From an uncultured Desulfatibacillum sp. (GTDB lineage Bacteria > Desulfobacterota > Desulfobacteria > Desulfobacterales > SpSt-501): a stretch of 64,000 bases of DNA. The stretch covers positions 29,759 through 93,758 of the forward strand of contig CAZNKG010000005.1 in NCBI GenBank assembly GCA_964573635.1. Reading direction: 5' to 3'. The first letter of the stretch is position 1; each line of letters begins with the position of its first letter. Made by a program: the position numbers and the translations under genes. The notes under the pieces are model-generated. The model was given only the letters and a program-made list of their open reading frames with translations. It was not told the DNA's origin and searched no databases. Below, piece by piece: positions 18,101 through 27,125 of the stretch.

Positions 18101-21100
18101 ATGAAGGTCCTCAGGCTAGCGACCGGCCGCGAGCCCGGCAACGTCATGATCTGGCTCGTCGTGGTGATGCTGATCTTCGCCGTGCTGGGGGCGGCCATGG
18201 TGGCGCTCTTCACCACCTCGGTCACGAGCTCCGCCGTCCAGAACGACTCCCGCCGCGCCGTGCTCCTGCACGAGTCCGGGATCCGCTACGCCCGCAGCGC
18301 GCTCTGGGCCGGGGATTTCTCCAAGGCGGCCGTGAGCGATCTGAACGACCCAAACCGCGTCTACACGCTCACCGGCGCCGGGACCTTCACGCTGAACGTG
18401 GCCTCCCCCTGGTTCGATCCGATCGGAAACATCGACATCGCCTCCGGGGAGGCCACCGAAACCGTGAAGCTCGGGGAGGGGTACCTTCCCAAGGGAATGG
18501 CGGGCCTGTTCCCGACCGCGGCCCCCTTTCTCACCGTGGTGAACTACGACTACATCGACTCCGGCGCGAAGCCCAACCCCGGCCCCTCCGCCCGGGCCCG
18601 GGTGACCGGCGCGGCGGCGGTGCCCGGCGAGCCGGACCGCATCCAGCTCGGCCTGAGCGACGACGGGGATGCGGACGGCTTCGTCGCCAACCGCAATGAG
18701 ACGCTGTGCATCGCCGTCCAGCCCACCGCCGCCCAGGACCTCACCGCGTTCCCCGGCAGCCTGAACATCGACCCCGCGGCGGCCAAGATCTTCCCGCGCC
18801 ACGGCGGCGCCTTCGAAATCAACCGGAGAAATTTCTACTACGAGCGCGCCGTCGACCGGGGCACCCATGTCGAGCTCACCGGGATCCGGCCGGTGGCGGG
18901 GGAGGACGCCAACCCGCTGTCCGTCCTCGCGACCGACTACGTCATCCTCACCCCCCGCAACCGCCTGATCACCGCCGAGGGGAAGTCCGGCAACGTCGCC
19001 TTCGGCGGCCATGTGGACCAGGCGGCCGCCATCGCCGACACCTCGATCGTCGCGGCCGGCAGCCGCAAGGCGGACATCAGCTTCGAGGAAGAGGCGGATC
19101 TCCCCGGGGTGATCAGCCAGGTTCTGGACTCGGCGCGCTTTCCGGGTTTCGCCGGCGTCGACAACACCGAAAAAACCCTCCGGCTCGGCGGCACCGGCCC
19201 CACCTTCGGGGCGGTCTGGTTCCGGCCGCTGCAGCCGCGCAGCATCGGCGGGCAGCGCAGTTTTTGCACCGGAGCCGGATGCCTCTTCAATCTCGGCGTG
19301 CGGGTCTTCTTCACCCTGGAATACACCGGGACCGGAGAAGGTCTGGAGGGGGTGGTCTTCTCCCTGATCAACGGCAACCCCCAGAAGAACGACGCCGCCT
19401 CCACCGGCGGGGACGCCCAGCGCAGCGAGCTTCTCGGGTACGCCGGGGACAGCCGGCTTACGGCCGACCCGCAGAACGAGGACGATTTCCTGGACAACTC
19501 CGGGCCGGTTCTCGGGAGCCCCGTCCGGGGGCTGCGCCCCCCCAAGATCGGGCTCGAGTTCGACAACCGCGTCAACCGCGACGAGGATTTCGAGCGCTCG
19601 CTCCAGTACTGCACCAGCACGACCAGCCTCGCCGCCGACACCCGCAACGACCCGGGCGAACCGGCCGCCGAAAACCGGGACGCGGTCCAGTACGTTTTCT
19701 GGGGGAACACCTCGCTCGATGTCCCCTGCCGCCGGGAGCCTTACTGCGGCGGGAGCCCCAACTGCTTGGGGGACCCCTCCTACGACGACAACCGCCACAA
19801 TGCGGTGAGCGGTACCGAGTCCCAGCCCAACTGGCCTTTTCTCGCCGGGGGGAGCATCGAGAACTCGCCGGCCATCGGGCCCGCGCCGGACTTCACGGTC
19901 TATGCCGGCACCACGACGACCAATTTCAAGCTTTATGCCGTGCGGCCCGACGGGACGCAGCGGTGGGCCTACACGACCGCGGGCAAGGTGCACATCCCGG
20001 CCGCGGCGTCGAACGGCTCGATCTACTTCGGATCCGGAAGCGGCAGCACGAGCGGGTTGTTCCACGGGCTGACGCCCGCGGGAGGCGAGAAGTTCGCCCC
20101 CGTCACGGTGGACGGCCGGCCGGACACCAAGCCCGCAATCGACTCGGACGGCAACATCTACATCTGTACGAACGATTACAGCTCGAATGTGGGTCGGATC
20201 TACGCCTTCCGCCCCGACGGAACGCTGATACCCGGCTGGACCTCCAATCCCGTGCCCCTGCCTTTCACCCTGCTGCGGTCCGCCGCCCTATCTCCGAGCG
20301 GCGCGAAGCTGATCGTGGCGGCGACCGATGGCCGGATCCGCGTTTTCAACACCTCCGACGGCGGAAACCCTCTCGACGTTCCGATCGACGGCTTTGCGGG
20401 ATCCACGGGCGACCCGGTGGTGGTCCCGGACGGCTCCGGCTCCTTCTGGATCTATGTCCGCGACGATTTCCGGATTTACAAGCTGAACGCCAACGGCGCT
20501 AAAATCTGGAGCTCGCCTTCGCTGCCGCGCCCCGGCTTTTCGCTGTCGACCGCGCCGGCGGTCGGTCTCGGAAACAGCGTCTACGTGGGCGGGTTCGACG
20601 GCTACCTCTATGCCGTCAGCACGAGCGACGGCGCAAAGAAGTGGGAATACCGCGTCGGCGCGAATGCCATCCAATCGACGCCCGCGGTGGACGGCGACGG
20701 GCATATCTACTTCGGCTCCGACGACGACCACGTCTATGCCCTCACCGACCAGCAGACCGGAGCCGCGATCAAGTGGCGCTACCCGGCCGACGGGCAGCCC
20801 ACCTACGGGGATGCGCGCGGCAAGCCGGCGATTCACGCCGACGGCACGGTGTATATCGGCACGACAGGGTTCCGGCTCTATGCCATTAACCAGTTCAGCG
20901 CCCCGAAGAACTTCAAGGACCTCCTGATCACCTCCTATGCCGGCAGCCCCGTGACGGTCGGCGGGACGAGCGCCGACAGCCGGGCGCCGGTGGAGCTCGA
21001 CCCCGGAAACGAGGCGGACTGGCTCAAGGGCAAAACGGGCAAGCGGCAGTGGGCTGTCCGGATGGAGGTCCACCGCGCCGCCTCGCCCGTCGGCGGCAGC

Positions 21101-21403
21101 TACCCGTACACCTTGAAAGCCTGGGTGCGGCAGTGCGGGCTCGAGCCCGGGGACTGCAGCCGGGACGTGCTCGGCACTTTTTACAGCGACACGCGGGTGA
21201 ACTACGCCCCGGCCAACCGCCCGGTCCAGCTCCAGCAGACCATCCAGCTCAATGCCGGGGACCACGGCGACTTCGACCGTTTCCTCTTCGGCTTCACCTC
21301 GGCGACCTCCTCCGCCACGGCCCAGAGCGCCCTCATCCGCAAGTTCCAGCTGAGCTTCATACGGCCGAACGATCCCACCATCGGGTCCGACCCGAGCTGG
21401 TAG
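18101..21403 (+). CDS. PilX/GspK-like pilin-anchored adhesin with L-type-lectin-like domain and 8-blade PQQ-like beta-propeller
   Basis: PG|NVMIWLVVVMLIFAVLG (no Glu5, as in PilX/GspK); lectin-like LLGYAG, KIGLEFDN, FLFGFTSAT; eight SxPAI..G.IY.G...LYA repeats. Confidence 0.75.
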   Translation: MKVLRLATGREPGNVMIWLVVVMLIFAVLGAAMVALFTTSVTSSAVQNDSRRAVLLHESGIRYARSALWAGDFSKAAVSDLNDPNRVYTLTGAGTFTLNVASPWFDPIGNIDIASGEATETVKLGEGYLPKGMAGLFPTAAPFLTVVNYDYIDSGAKPNPGPSARARVTGAAAVPGEPDRIQLGLSDDGDADGFVANRNETLCIAVQPTAAQDLTAFPGSLNIDPAAAKIFPRHGGAFEINRRNFYYERAVDRGTHVELTGIRPVAGEDANPLSVLATDYVILTPRNRLITAEGKSGNVAFGGHVDQAAAIADTSIVAAGSRKADISFEEEADLPGVISQVLDSARFPGFAGVDNTEKTLRLGGTGPTFGAVWFRPLQPRSIGGQRSFCTGAGCLFNLGVRVFFTLEYTGTGEGLEGVVFSLINGNPQKNDAASTGGDAQRSELLGYAGDSRLTADPQNEDDFLDNSGPVLGSPVRGLRPPKIGLEFDNRVNRDEDFERSLQYCTSTTSLAADTRNDPGEPAAENRDAVQYVFWGNTSLDVPCRREPYCGGSPNCLGDPSYDDNRHNAVSGTESQPNWPFLAGGSIENSPAIGPAPDFTVYAGTTTTNFKLYAVRPDGTQRWAYTTAGKVHIPAAASNGSIYFGSGSGSTSGLFHGLTPAGGEKFAPVTVDGRPDTKPAIDSDGNIYICTNDYSSNVGRIYAFRPDGTLIPGWTSNPVPLPFTLLRSAALSPSGAKLIVAATDGRIRVFNTSDGGNPLDVPIDGFAGSTGDPVVVPDGSGSFWIYVRDDFRIYKLNANGAKIWSSPSLPRPGFSLSTAPAVGLGNSVYVGGFDGYLYAVSTSDGAKKWEYRVGANAIQSTPAVDGDGHIYFGSDDDHVYALTDQQTGAAIKWRYPADGQPTYGDARGKPAIHADGTVYIGTTGFRLYAINQFSAPKNFKDLLITSYAGSPVTVGGTSADSRAPVELDPGNEADWLKGKTGKRQWAVRMEVHRAASPVGGSYPYTLKAWVRQCGLEPGDCSRDVLGTFYSDTRVNYAPANRPVQLQQTIQLNAGDHGDFDRFLFGFTSATSSATAQSALIRKFQLSFIRPNDPTIGSDPSW

Positions 21404-21427
21404 GATCGGGCCGTCCGCGGTTTTTTC

Positions 21428-21457
21428 TTGACAATTTAATTGCCGCCCACTTAATAT
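21428..21457 (+). promoter_or_regulatory. Possible sigma-70 promoter of the PEP-CTERM gene
   Basis: TTGACA-N18-TAATAT in an AT-rich intergenic region. Confidence 0.35.
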
Positions 21458-21576
21458 CCCCGCGCTTCTCTTTCGTGTTCTTTCAAGATCCGCTATCAGG
21501 GCAGCTCATTGGCAGGTCGGAATCTAACCCATTCACAACGCAATCAGAAAACTCAGCCGTTCCATGGGAGGGAGAA

Positions 21577-22308
21577 ATGCGAAAAGGGATACGCCATGGC
21601 TGTCTTGCAGCCGCTGCGCTGCTCTTTTGCGCCTCCGCTCTGTCCGCGGCGGATCTGCCCCTCGTCTTTTCACTGGATTCCGTTTACGGCGGTTCATCGG
21701 CGCCGGCCGCCCAGGCACCCTGGCTTGAGGCCGCGTTCGTCGACCGGGCTCCGATCCAAGCCGGAAGCTTGACTATCAACGTGGTGGAGTTGTCCCTCAC
21801 GGCCAAGAATCTCTCCGGGAGCGAATTCATCGACTCCTGGTTCTTCAACCTGGACCCCGCCTACACCCTGCCGCTAACGGTCGAATACCAGAAGCCGGCC
21901 GTGAACCCGGGTCCCGATGCGCTTTTCAGCCGGAAGCTCGACCAGTTGGACGCCAACGGGACGAACGGGGAAGGTTCCGGCTTTGATCTGCTGTTCGATT
22001 TCTTCGACGAAAACGGCCTCGCCAACGCCGCCGATCTCTTCGGGCCCAACGAGTCCGTTTCTTTCCTGATCAAGGGCGTGAATCTTTTCGCCGCCTCCTT
22101 CGGCTACACGAACAACAACGGGTCATTTCTCTCCGCCGCCCTGGTCCGCGGCATCGGCCCCAACTCCGCCTTCGCCTGGATCGCCGACGCGCAGGGCGAC
22201 AGCCCGGGCCCCGGGCCGGCGCCCGTCCCGGAGCCCGCCACCATGCTGCTCATGGGGATCGGCCTGGGCGGGATGGCGCTGGTGAAGAAGGCGCGGCGCA
22301 GGCGCTGA
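21577..22308 (+). CDS. PEP-CTERM sorting-domain surface protein
   Basis: Signal peptide; C-terminal VPEPATMLLMGIGLGGMALVKKARRRR; GGAGGGAG RBS. Confidence 0.93.
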   Translation: MRKGIRHGCLAAAALLFCASALSAADLPLVFSLDSVYGGSSAPAAQAPWLEAAFVDRAPIQAGSLTINVVELSLTAKNLSGSEFIDSWFFNLDPAYTLPLTVEYQKPAVNPGPDALFSRKLDQLDANGTNGEGSGFDLLFDFFDENGLANAADLFGPNESVSFLIKGVNLFAASFGYTNNNGSFLSAALVRGIGPNSAFAWIADAQGDSPGPGPAPVPEPATMLLMGIGLGGMALVKKARRRR

Positions 22309-22487
22309 GCGCACCCGGGGAAAACCGCCGGCATGGGGAGACGCTCCCCATGCCTTATTTTTTCGTGCGCGCCGTTTTCGCGCCGCCGCATCCGGGATCC
22401 CCCGCGAAGCCTTCCCCCAATCCGAAAACGACCGGCACCCCATTTGGCCCTTGACCGCCGCGGCGGTTCGGTGCTTAACTTGCGTTC

Positions 22488-24419
22488 ATGCAGACGAATC
22501 TCGTTCATCTTTTTTCGCCGGTTCGGCTGGGGCGGATGGAAGTCCGGAACCGCCTCGTGATGCCGCCGATGAGCGTCAATTTCGGCGTCGACGAAGCGGG
22601 GTTCATGACCGAGCGGCACACGCGCTACCTGGCGGCGCGGGCGGCCGCCGGGACGGGGATGATCACCGTCGGGGGCGGCGCGGTCCACCCCGACGGGCTC
22701 GATCTGCCCAGGATGCCGCCGGTCTGGGGCGACCAATTCATCCCGGCGCTCTCCCGGCTCGCCGCGGAGATCAAGCGCCACGGCGCGCGCATCGGGCTGC
22801 AGCTTCTGCACGGCGGCCGGCAGGCGTTCCACGGGCGGCGGGTCGCCCCCTCGCCGCTGCCCTCGCTCGCCGTGGTCAAGGGGGTCCCCCGCGAGCTCGC
22901 CCGGGAGGAGATCCCGCAGCTCGTCGCCTGCCACGCCGAGGCGGCCCGCCGCGCCCGCGAGGCCGGCTTCGACTTCGTCGAGATCCACGCCGCCCACGGC
23001 TACCTGATCAGCGAGTTCCTCGCCCCCAACGCGAACCGCCGCACCGACGACTACGGGGGGAGCTTCGAAAACCGCGCGCGCTTTCTGCTCGAGATCGTGG
23101 CCGCGATCAAGGCGCGCTGCGGGGCCGGCTACCCGCTCGGGGTGCGCTTCAACGGCGAGGACTACGTCGCCGACGGGTTCCACCTGGAGGAGGCGCTGCG
23201 GCTCGCCCCCCTTTTGGAAAAGGCCGGGGCCGACTGGCTGCACGTCTCGGCCGGGGTCTACGGCTCGATGCCGGTCACGATCCCCTCGATGTACGAGCCG
23301 CACGGCCTCTTCGTGCACCTCGCCGAGGCGGTGAAGCGGACCGTTTCGATCCCGGTGATCGCCGTCGGCCGGATCAAGGACCCGGCGATGGCCGACCGGA
23401 TCATCGCCGAGGGGCGGGCCGACCTCGTCGCCATGGGGCGCGCGCACATCGCCGACCCGGAGCTCGCCGCCAAGGCGATGGCGGGCCGGCTCGACGAGAT
23501 CCGGCCCTGCATCGGCTGCTGCCGCGGCTGCATCGAGAACGTGCTCGCGCTCGGGGAGGCGACCTGCGTCATGAACCCGGAGATGGGGCGCGAGCACGCG
23601 CTCGAGCGGGCGCCGGCGGCGGCCAGGTCGAAGCGGGTGCTGGTGGTGGGGGCCGGGCCGGCGGGGCTTGCGGCGGCGCGGCTGCTCGCCCGCCGCGGCC
23701 ACCGCGTCGTCGTGGTCGAGGCGCGCGCGCGGCCGGGCGGGGCCCTGGTCTACGCCGCGACCCCGCCCGGGCGCGCCGAGATCGGGGAGATGGTCGCCTA
23801 TTTCCTGGCCGAGCTGGCGCGCCTCAAGGTCGAAATCCGGCTGGCGACCCCGGTTACGGCCGAGGTCGCCGCCGAGATCGCGCCGGAGGTCGTTTTGGTC
23901 GCCAGCGGCGCGAACCCGCGCATTCCCGAGGTGCCGGGGCTCTTCGACGCGGGCCTCGAGCTGGCGACCGTGATCGACGTCCTCTCGGGCGAGGCATCGC
24001 CCGGGCCGCGGGTCATCGTCATGGGCTCGGACCAGGCCGCCATGGTGACCGCCGATTTCCTCGCCGCGGGCGGCCGGGAGGTCGCGGTGCTCGCCGCCGG
24101 GCACGTCGCCCCGGAGCTGGCGCCCAACGACCGCACCTCGCTGCGCCGCCGGCTCGCCGCGGCCGGCGTCAAGATCTTCAAGCACGCCGTGATCTGCGGG
24201 TTCCCGCCGGGGGGAGTCGCGATCCGGCATGCCGGCGGGACCGAAACCCTGGCCGGGTTCCGCGACCTTGTCATCGCCGAGGGGTTCCGCTCCGAACGCG
24301 GGCCGGCCGAGCTCATGGCCCGCCTGGGCTACGCAACCCACGTGTTCGGCGACGCGAAGTCCCCGCGCACGCTGCTCGAGGCCACGGCCGAGGCCGACGA
24401 GATCGGGCGGGCCATCTGA
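22488..24419 (+). CDS. NADH:flavin oxidoreductase (OYE-like, 2,4-dienoyl-CoA reductase/enoate reductase family, FMN+4Fe-4S+FAD)
   Basis: NRLVMPPM, EIHAAHGYLISEFL, NRRTDDYGGS, CIGCCRGC...C, VVGAGPAG. Confidence 0.92.
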   Translation: MQTNLVHLFSPVRLGRMEVRNRLVMPPMSVNFGVDEAGFMTERHTRYLAARAAAGTGMITVGGGAVHPDGLDLPRMPPVWGDQFIPALSRLAAEIKRHGARIGLQLLHGGRQAFHGRRVAPSPLPSLAVVKGVPRELAREEIPQLVACHAEAARRAREAGFDFVEIHAAHGYLISEFLAPNANRRTDDYGGSFENRARFLLEIVAAIKARCGAGYPLGVRFNGEDYVADGFHLEEALRLAPLLEKAGADWLHVSAGVYGSMPVTIPSMYEPHGLFVHLAEAVKRTVSIPVIAVGRIKDPAMADRIIAEGRADLVAMGRAHIADPELAAKAMAGRLDEIRPCIGCCRGCIENVLALGEATCVMNPEMGREHALERAPAAARSKRVLVVGAGPAGLAAARLLARRGHRVVVVEARARPGGALVYAATPPGRAEIGEMVAYFLAELARLKVEIRLATPVTAEVAAEIAPEVVLVASGANPRIPEVPGLFDAGLELATVIDVLSGEASPGPRVIVMGSDQAAMVTADFLAAGGREVAVLAAGHVAPELAPNDRTSLRRRLAAAGVKIFKHAVICGFPPGGVAIRHAGGTETLAGFRDLVIAEGFRSERGPAELMARLGYATHVFGDAKSPRTLLEATAEADEIGRAI

Positions 24420-24527
24420 CGAGGCCGCCGGGCGCCGGCCGCCCGGCCGCGGCGCCGCGCGCCGGGGCGGTCGGGCGGGAAGGCGCTTTGCCGGAGACGG
24501 CCTTCTCGGCGGCATGGAGGATTCCGC

Positions 24528-25874
24528 ATGACAGCGGCTGCGATGCGCCCGGCCCGCGAAGCGATCCAGCGCCTGCGGGCCTTTTTCACGACCGGGCTGT
24601 GGCTGATCGAGCTCGAGAGCGCCCCCCGGTGGAAAAGGGCGGCGGTCCGCTTCCTGCGGGCCGTCTATGCGGCCGGCTCGCAGTTCTTCCGGGACCAGTG
24701 CATGCTGCGCGCTTCGGCCCTCACCTTTTACACGCTGATGTCGATCGTGCCGCTGCTTGCCGTGGTTTTCGGGATCGCCCAGGGTTTCGGCCTGGAGCAG
24801 CGGCTGGAACAGGAGCTTCTCTCCCACATGTCGGGCCAGGAGCAGGCGCTCGAACGCATCATCGCCTTCTCCCGCCGGCTGCTCGAAAACACCCGGGGCG
24901 GGCTCATGGCCGGCGTCGGCTTCGCGGTCATGTTCTGGTCGGCGGTCAAGGTGCTCGGCCAGATCGAATCGGCCCTGAACGGGATCTGGGACGTGGCCAA
25001 ACCCCGGCGCTGGGTGCGCAAGTTCACCGACTACCTCGCGCTGATGCTGATCGCGCCCATCCTGCTCGTGTCGGCCGGCAGCGCCACCATCTTCCTGCGC
25101 GCGCAGATCGATGCCGCCGCCGGGCAGCTCGAGATCGCGCGCGCGGTGGGGCCCATGGTCGACTTCGCCCTGAAGCTCGGGCCGCTCCTGCTCGTGTGGG
25201 CGCTCTTCACCCTCATCTACCTCGCCTTGCCCAATGCCCGCGTGCCGTTCAAGACCGCCTTCGCCGGGGGCGTTTTCGCGGGGACGCTGTTCCAGGCGGT
25301 CCAGAGCCTCTACATCGCCTTCCAGGTCGGGGTGGCGAGCAGCAACGCCATCTACGGCAGCTTCGCCGCCCTGCCGCTCTTCCTCGTATGGGTCAAGACG
25401 AGCTGGACCATTTTTCTGTTCGGCGCCGAGTTCAGCTACGCCTTCCGGGAGGGGAACGCCGCCGCCGGCCCCATGGGCCGGGCGGAGATGAACGCGTTTG
25501 AAAGAAAAGCTCTCGGTTTGAGAACCGCCCGGCGCCTCGCCAAGGCCTTCGCCGCCGGCGAGCCCCCGGTCGCGCTGGCCGCCATGGCCCGGGAGTTCAA
25601 GCTGCCCGAACGCCTTCTGGCGCAGGTCGCCGATGAGCTCGCGCGCGGCGGAATCATCACGGAAGTCCGGGGAGCGCGTGGCCGCGCTTTCCAGCCGGCC
25701 TTCGACATCCGGCAGCTTACCGTCTCCCGCGTGGTGGAGGCGATCGAGCGCAGCGGAGAAGAACAGACGCCGGCGCACGCCAGCCCCGAGGCGCAGCGGC
25801 TCGCCGCGGCGCTGGAGGATTTTCACCGCGCCGCGGCCGTTTCGCCCGCCAACCGGATGGTGGATCAAATCTGA
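24528..25874 (+). CDS. YihY/BrkB family membrane protein with C-terminal winged-helix
   Basis: RASALTFYTLMSIVP, IESALNGIW, IYGSFAALPLFLVW; C-terminal Rrf2-like HTH segment. Confidence 0.9.
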   Translation: MTAAAMRPAREAIQRLRAFFTTGLWLIELESAPRWKRAAVRFLRAVYAAGSQFFRDQCMLRASALTFYTLMSIVPLLAVVFGIAQGFGLEQRLEQELLSHMSGQEQALERIIAFSRRLLENTRGGLMAGVGFAVMFWSAVKVLGQIESALNGIWDVAKPRRWVRKFTDYLALMLIAPILLVSAGSATIFLRAQIDAAAGQLEIARAVGPMVDFALKLGPLLLVWALFTLIYLALPNARVPFKTAFAGGVFAGTLFQAVQSLYIAFQVGVASSNAIYGSFAALPLFLVWVKTSWTIFLFGAEFSYAFREGNAAAGPMGRAEMNAFERKALGLRTARRLAKAFAAGEPPVALAAMAREFKLPERLLAQVADELARGGIITEVRGARGRAFQPAFDIRQLTVSRVVEAIERSGEEQTPAHASPEAQRLAAALEDFHRAAAVSPANRMVDQI

Positions 25875-25889
25875 ATTGGCGCCCGCCGC

Positions 25890-26045
25890 CGAAGATATCA
25901 ATACAATATATTGTTTTTAATCATTTTATTTTTATTTTTCATGAAAAATACTAGAAAAAATTAAGTGTTAAACTGGTAATCATTGGTGTTGCATCAGGAG
26001 TGACGATTTTATAAATTAATAATTGTTACTATATCATATTAATGC
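25890..26045. promoter_or_regulatory. Very AT-rich regulatory island with perfect palindromes
   Basis: ACAATATATTGT (25903-25914) and TATTTTTCATGAAAAATA (25933-25950) are perfect palindromes. Confidence 0.55.
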
Positions 26046-26243
26046 GCTGCGGCGCCCCGGGCGCCGCAAGATGCCATGCCGCCCTAACAGGCTGTGAATA
26101 AACAAGTATCTGGCCGCCAGCCAAGGTGCGCGGTAAATAGGAAAACGCAGCATGTTATATAATTAGTGAGCGGTTACAAGCGCCGCGCAATGCGGGATCA
26201 TGGCCTGAGCCGCCGTTTGTCCACAGCCGGCTGATGGAATGGG

Positions 26244-27125
26244 GTGGGCATGAAGGAACCCGAAAACGCCAAGCCGATCCGTTTTTCGAGCGCTTCCGGC
26301 CCGGCGGCACCCGGCGTTCCCGCCTTCCTGGAGACGATCCCCCCACCGCCGGCGATCCACGACGCGAATACCGAAGCGGCCGATCCCATCCCGAGGATCC
26401 TCGCGCTCGCCTGCCGGCTGGTCGAGGCCGCATGCTGCGTGTATTTCGCGGGCGGACCCGACAACCCCATGGTCCACCTCCATTTAGATTCCGCCGGGGC
26501 GAACTGCCGATGCGCGGCCGGCCCGGATGCATGGGAAGGGCGGGACGGCCATCCAGGCCCGCCCTTCACCGCGGCGGCGTCCCTCAATTCCGGCCTCAAG
26601 GAGATCCTGGCGGCGGCCGCCCAGGGGTTTGGGGGGGGGACGGGCACCTACCAGATTCATCCGATCGACCTGTCCGGCCGGCCGCAGGGGGCCCTGGTGC
26701 TGATCTATAAAGACCCGCGGCCGGTCACCGACAAGGAGCAGGCGGCCGCCGACGCGATCGCCAACATGCTGGCGATCACGGCATCGGGATCCATACCGGC
26801 CGGCGCGGAGACCGTGCCGGCCGCGGGGGGCGCCCCCCCGCCGGGGGAGCGCCCCGCGGCGGAGAGCCCATGGCCTCCGGCCGAACCGGGCTGGCTGCGG
26901 CGTTTTCACCTGACGCCGGCCGAGATCCGCGTCGCGGAGCTCATCGTGCAGGAGAAACGCTCCAAGGAGATCGCCGCCGCCCTCGGTCTCTCGACCCGCA
27001 CGGTGGAGGTCCATCGCACCAACATCCGCCGCAAGCTCGGCATCACCCATCGGACGGCAAGCCTCCGGGAGGGGCTCATGGCCGCCGCCCCCCCGGCGCC
27101 GTTGAATCGACCCGTCGCGCAATGA
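26244..27125 (+). CDS. GAF-like + LuxR HTH transcriptional regulator
   Basis: C-terminal LTPAEIRVAELI...SKEIAAALGLSTRTVEVHRTNIRRKLG; N-terminal GAF-like region (GALVLIY...DKEQAAADAIANMLA). Start may be 26250. Confidence 0.78.
   Translation: MGMKEPENAKPIRFSSASGPAAPGVPAFLETIPPPPAIHDANTEAADPIPRILALACRLVEAACCVYFAGGPDNPMVHLHLDSAGANCRCAAGPDAWEGRDGHPGPPFTAAASLNSGLKEILAAAAQGFGGGTGTYQIHPIDLSGRPQGALVLIYKDPRPVTDKEQAAADAIANMLAITASGSIPAGAETVPAAGGAPPPGERPAAESPWPPAEPGWLRRFHLTPAEIRVAELIVQEKRSKEIAAALGLSTRTVEVHRTNIRRKLGITHRTASLREGLMAAAPPAPLNRPVAQ

Noticed and set aside
21505-21530. TTGGCA upstream of the PEP-CTERM gene as a sigma-54 promoter
   Set aside because: No GC at the -12 position (GG-N10 is followed by TC).
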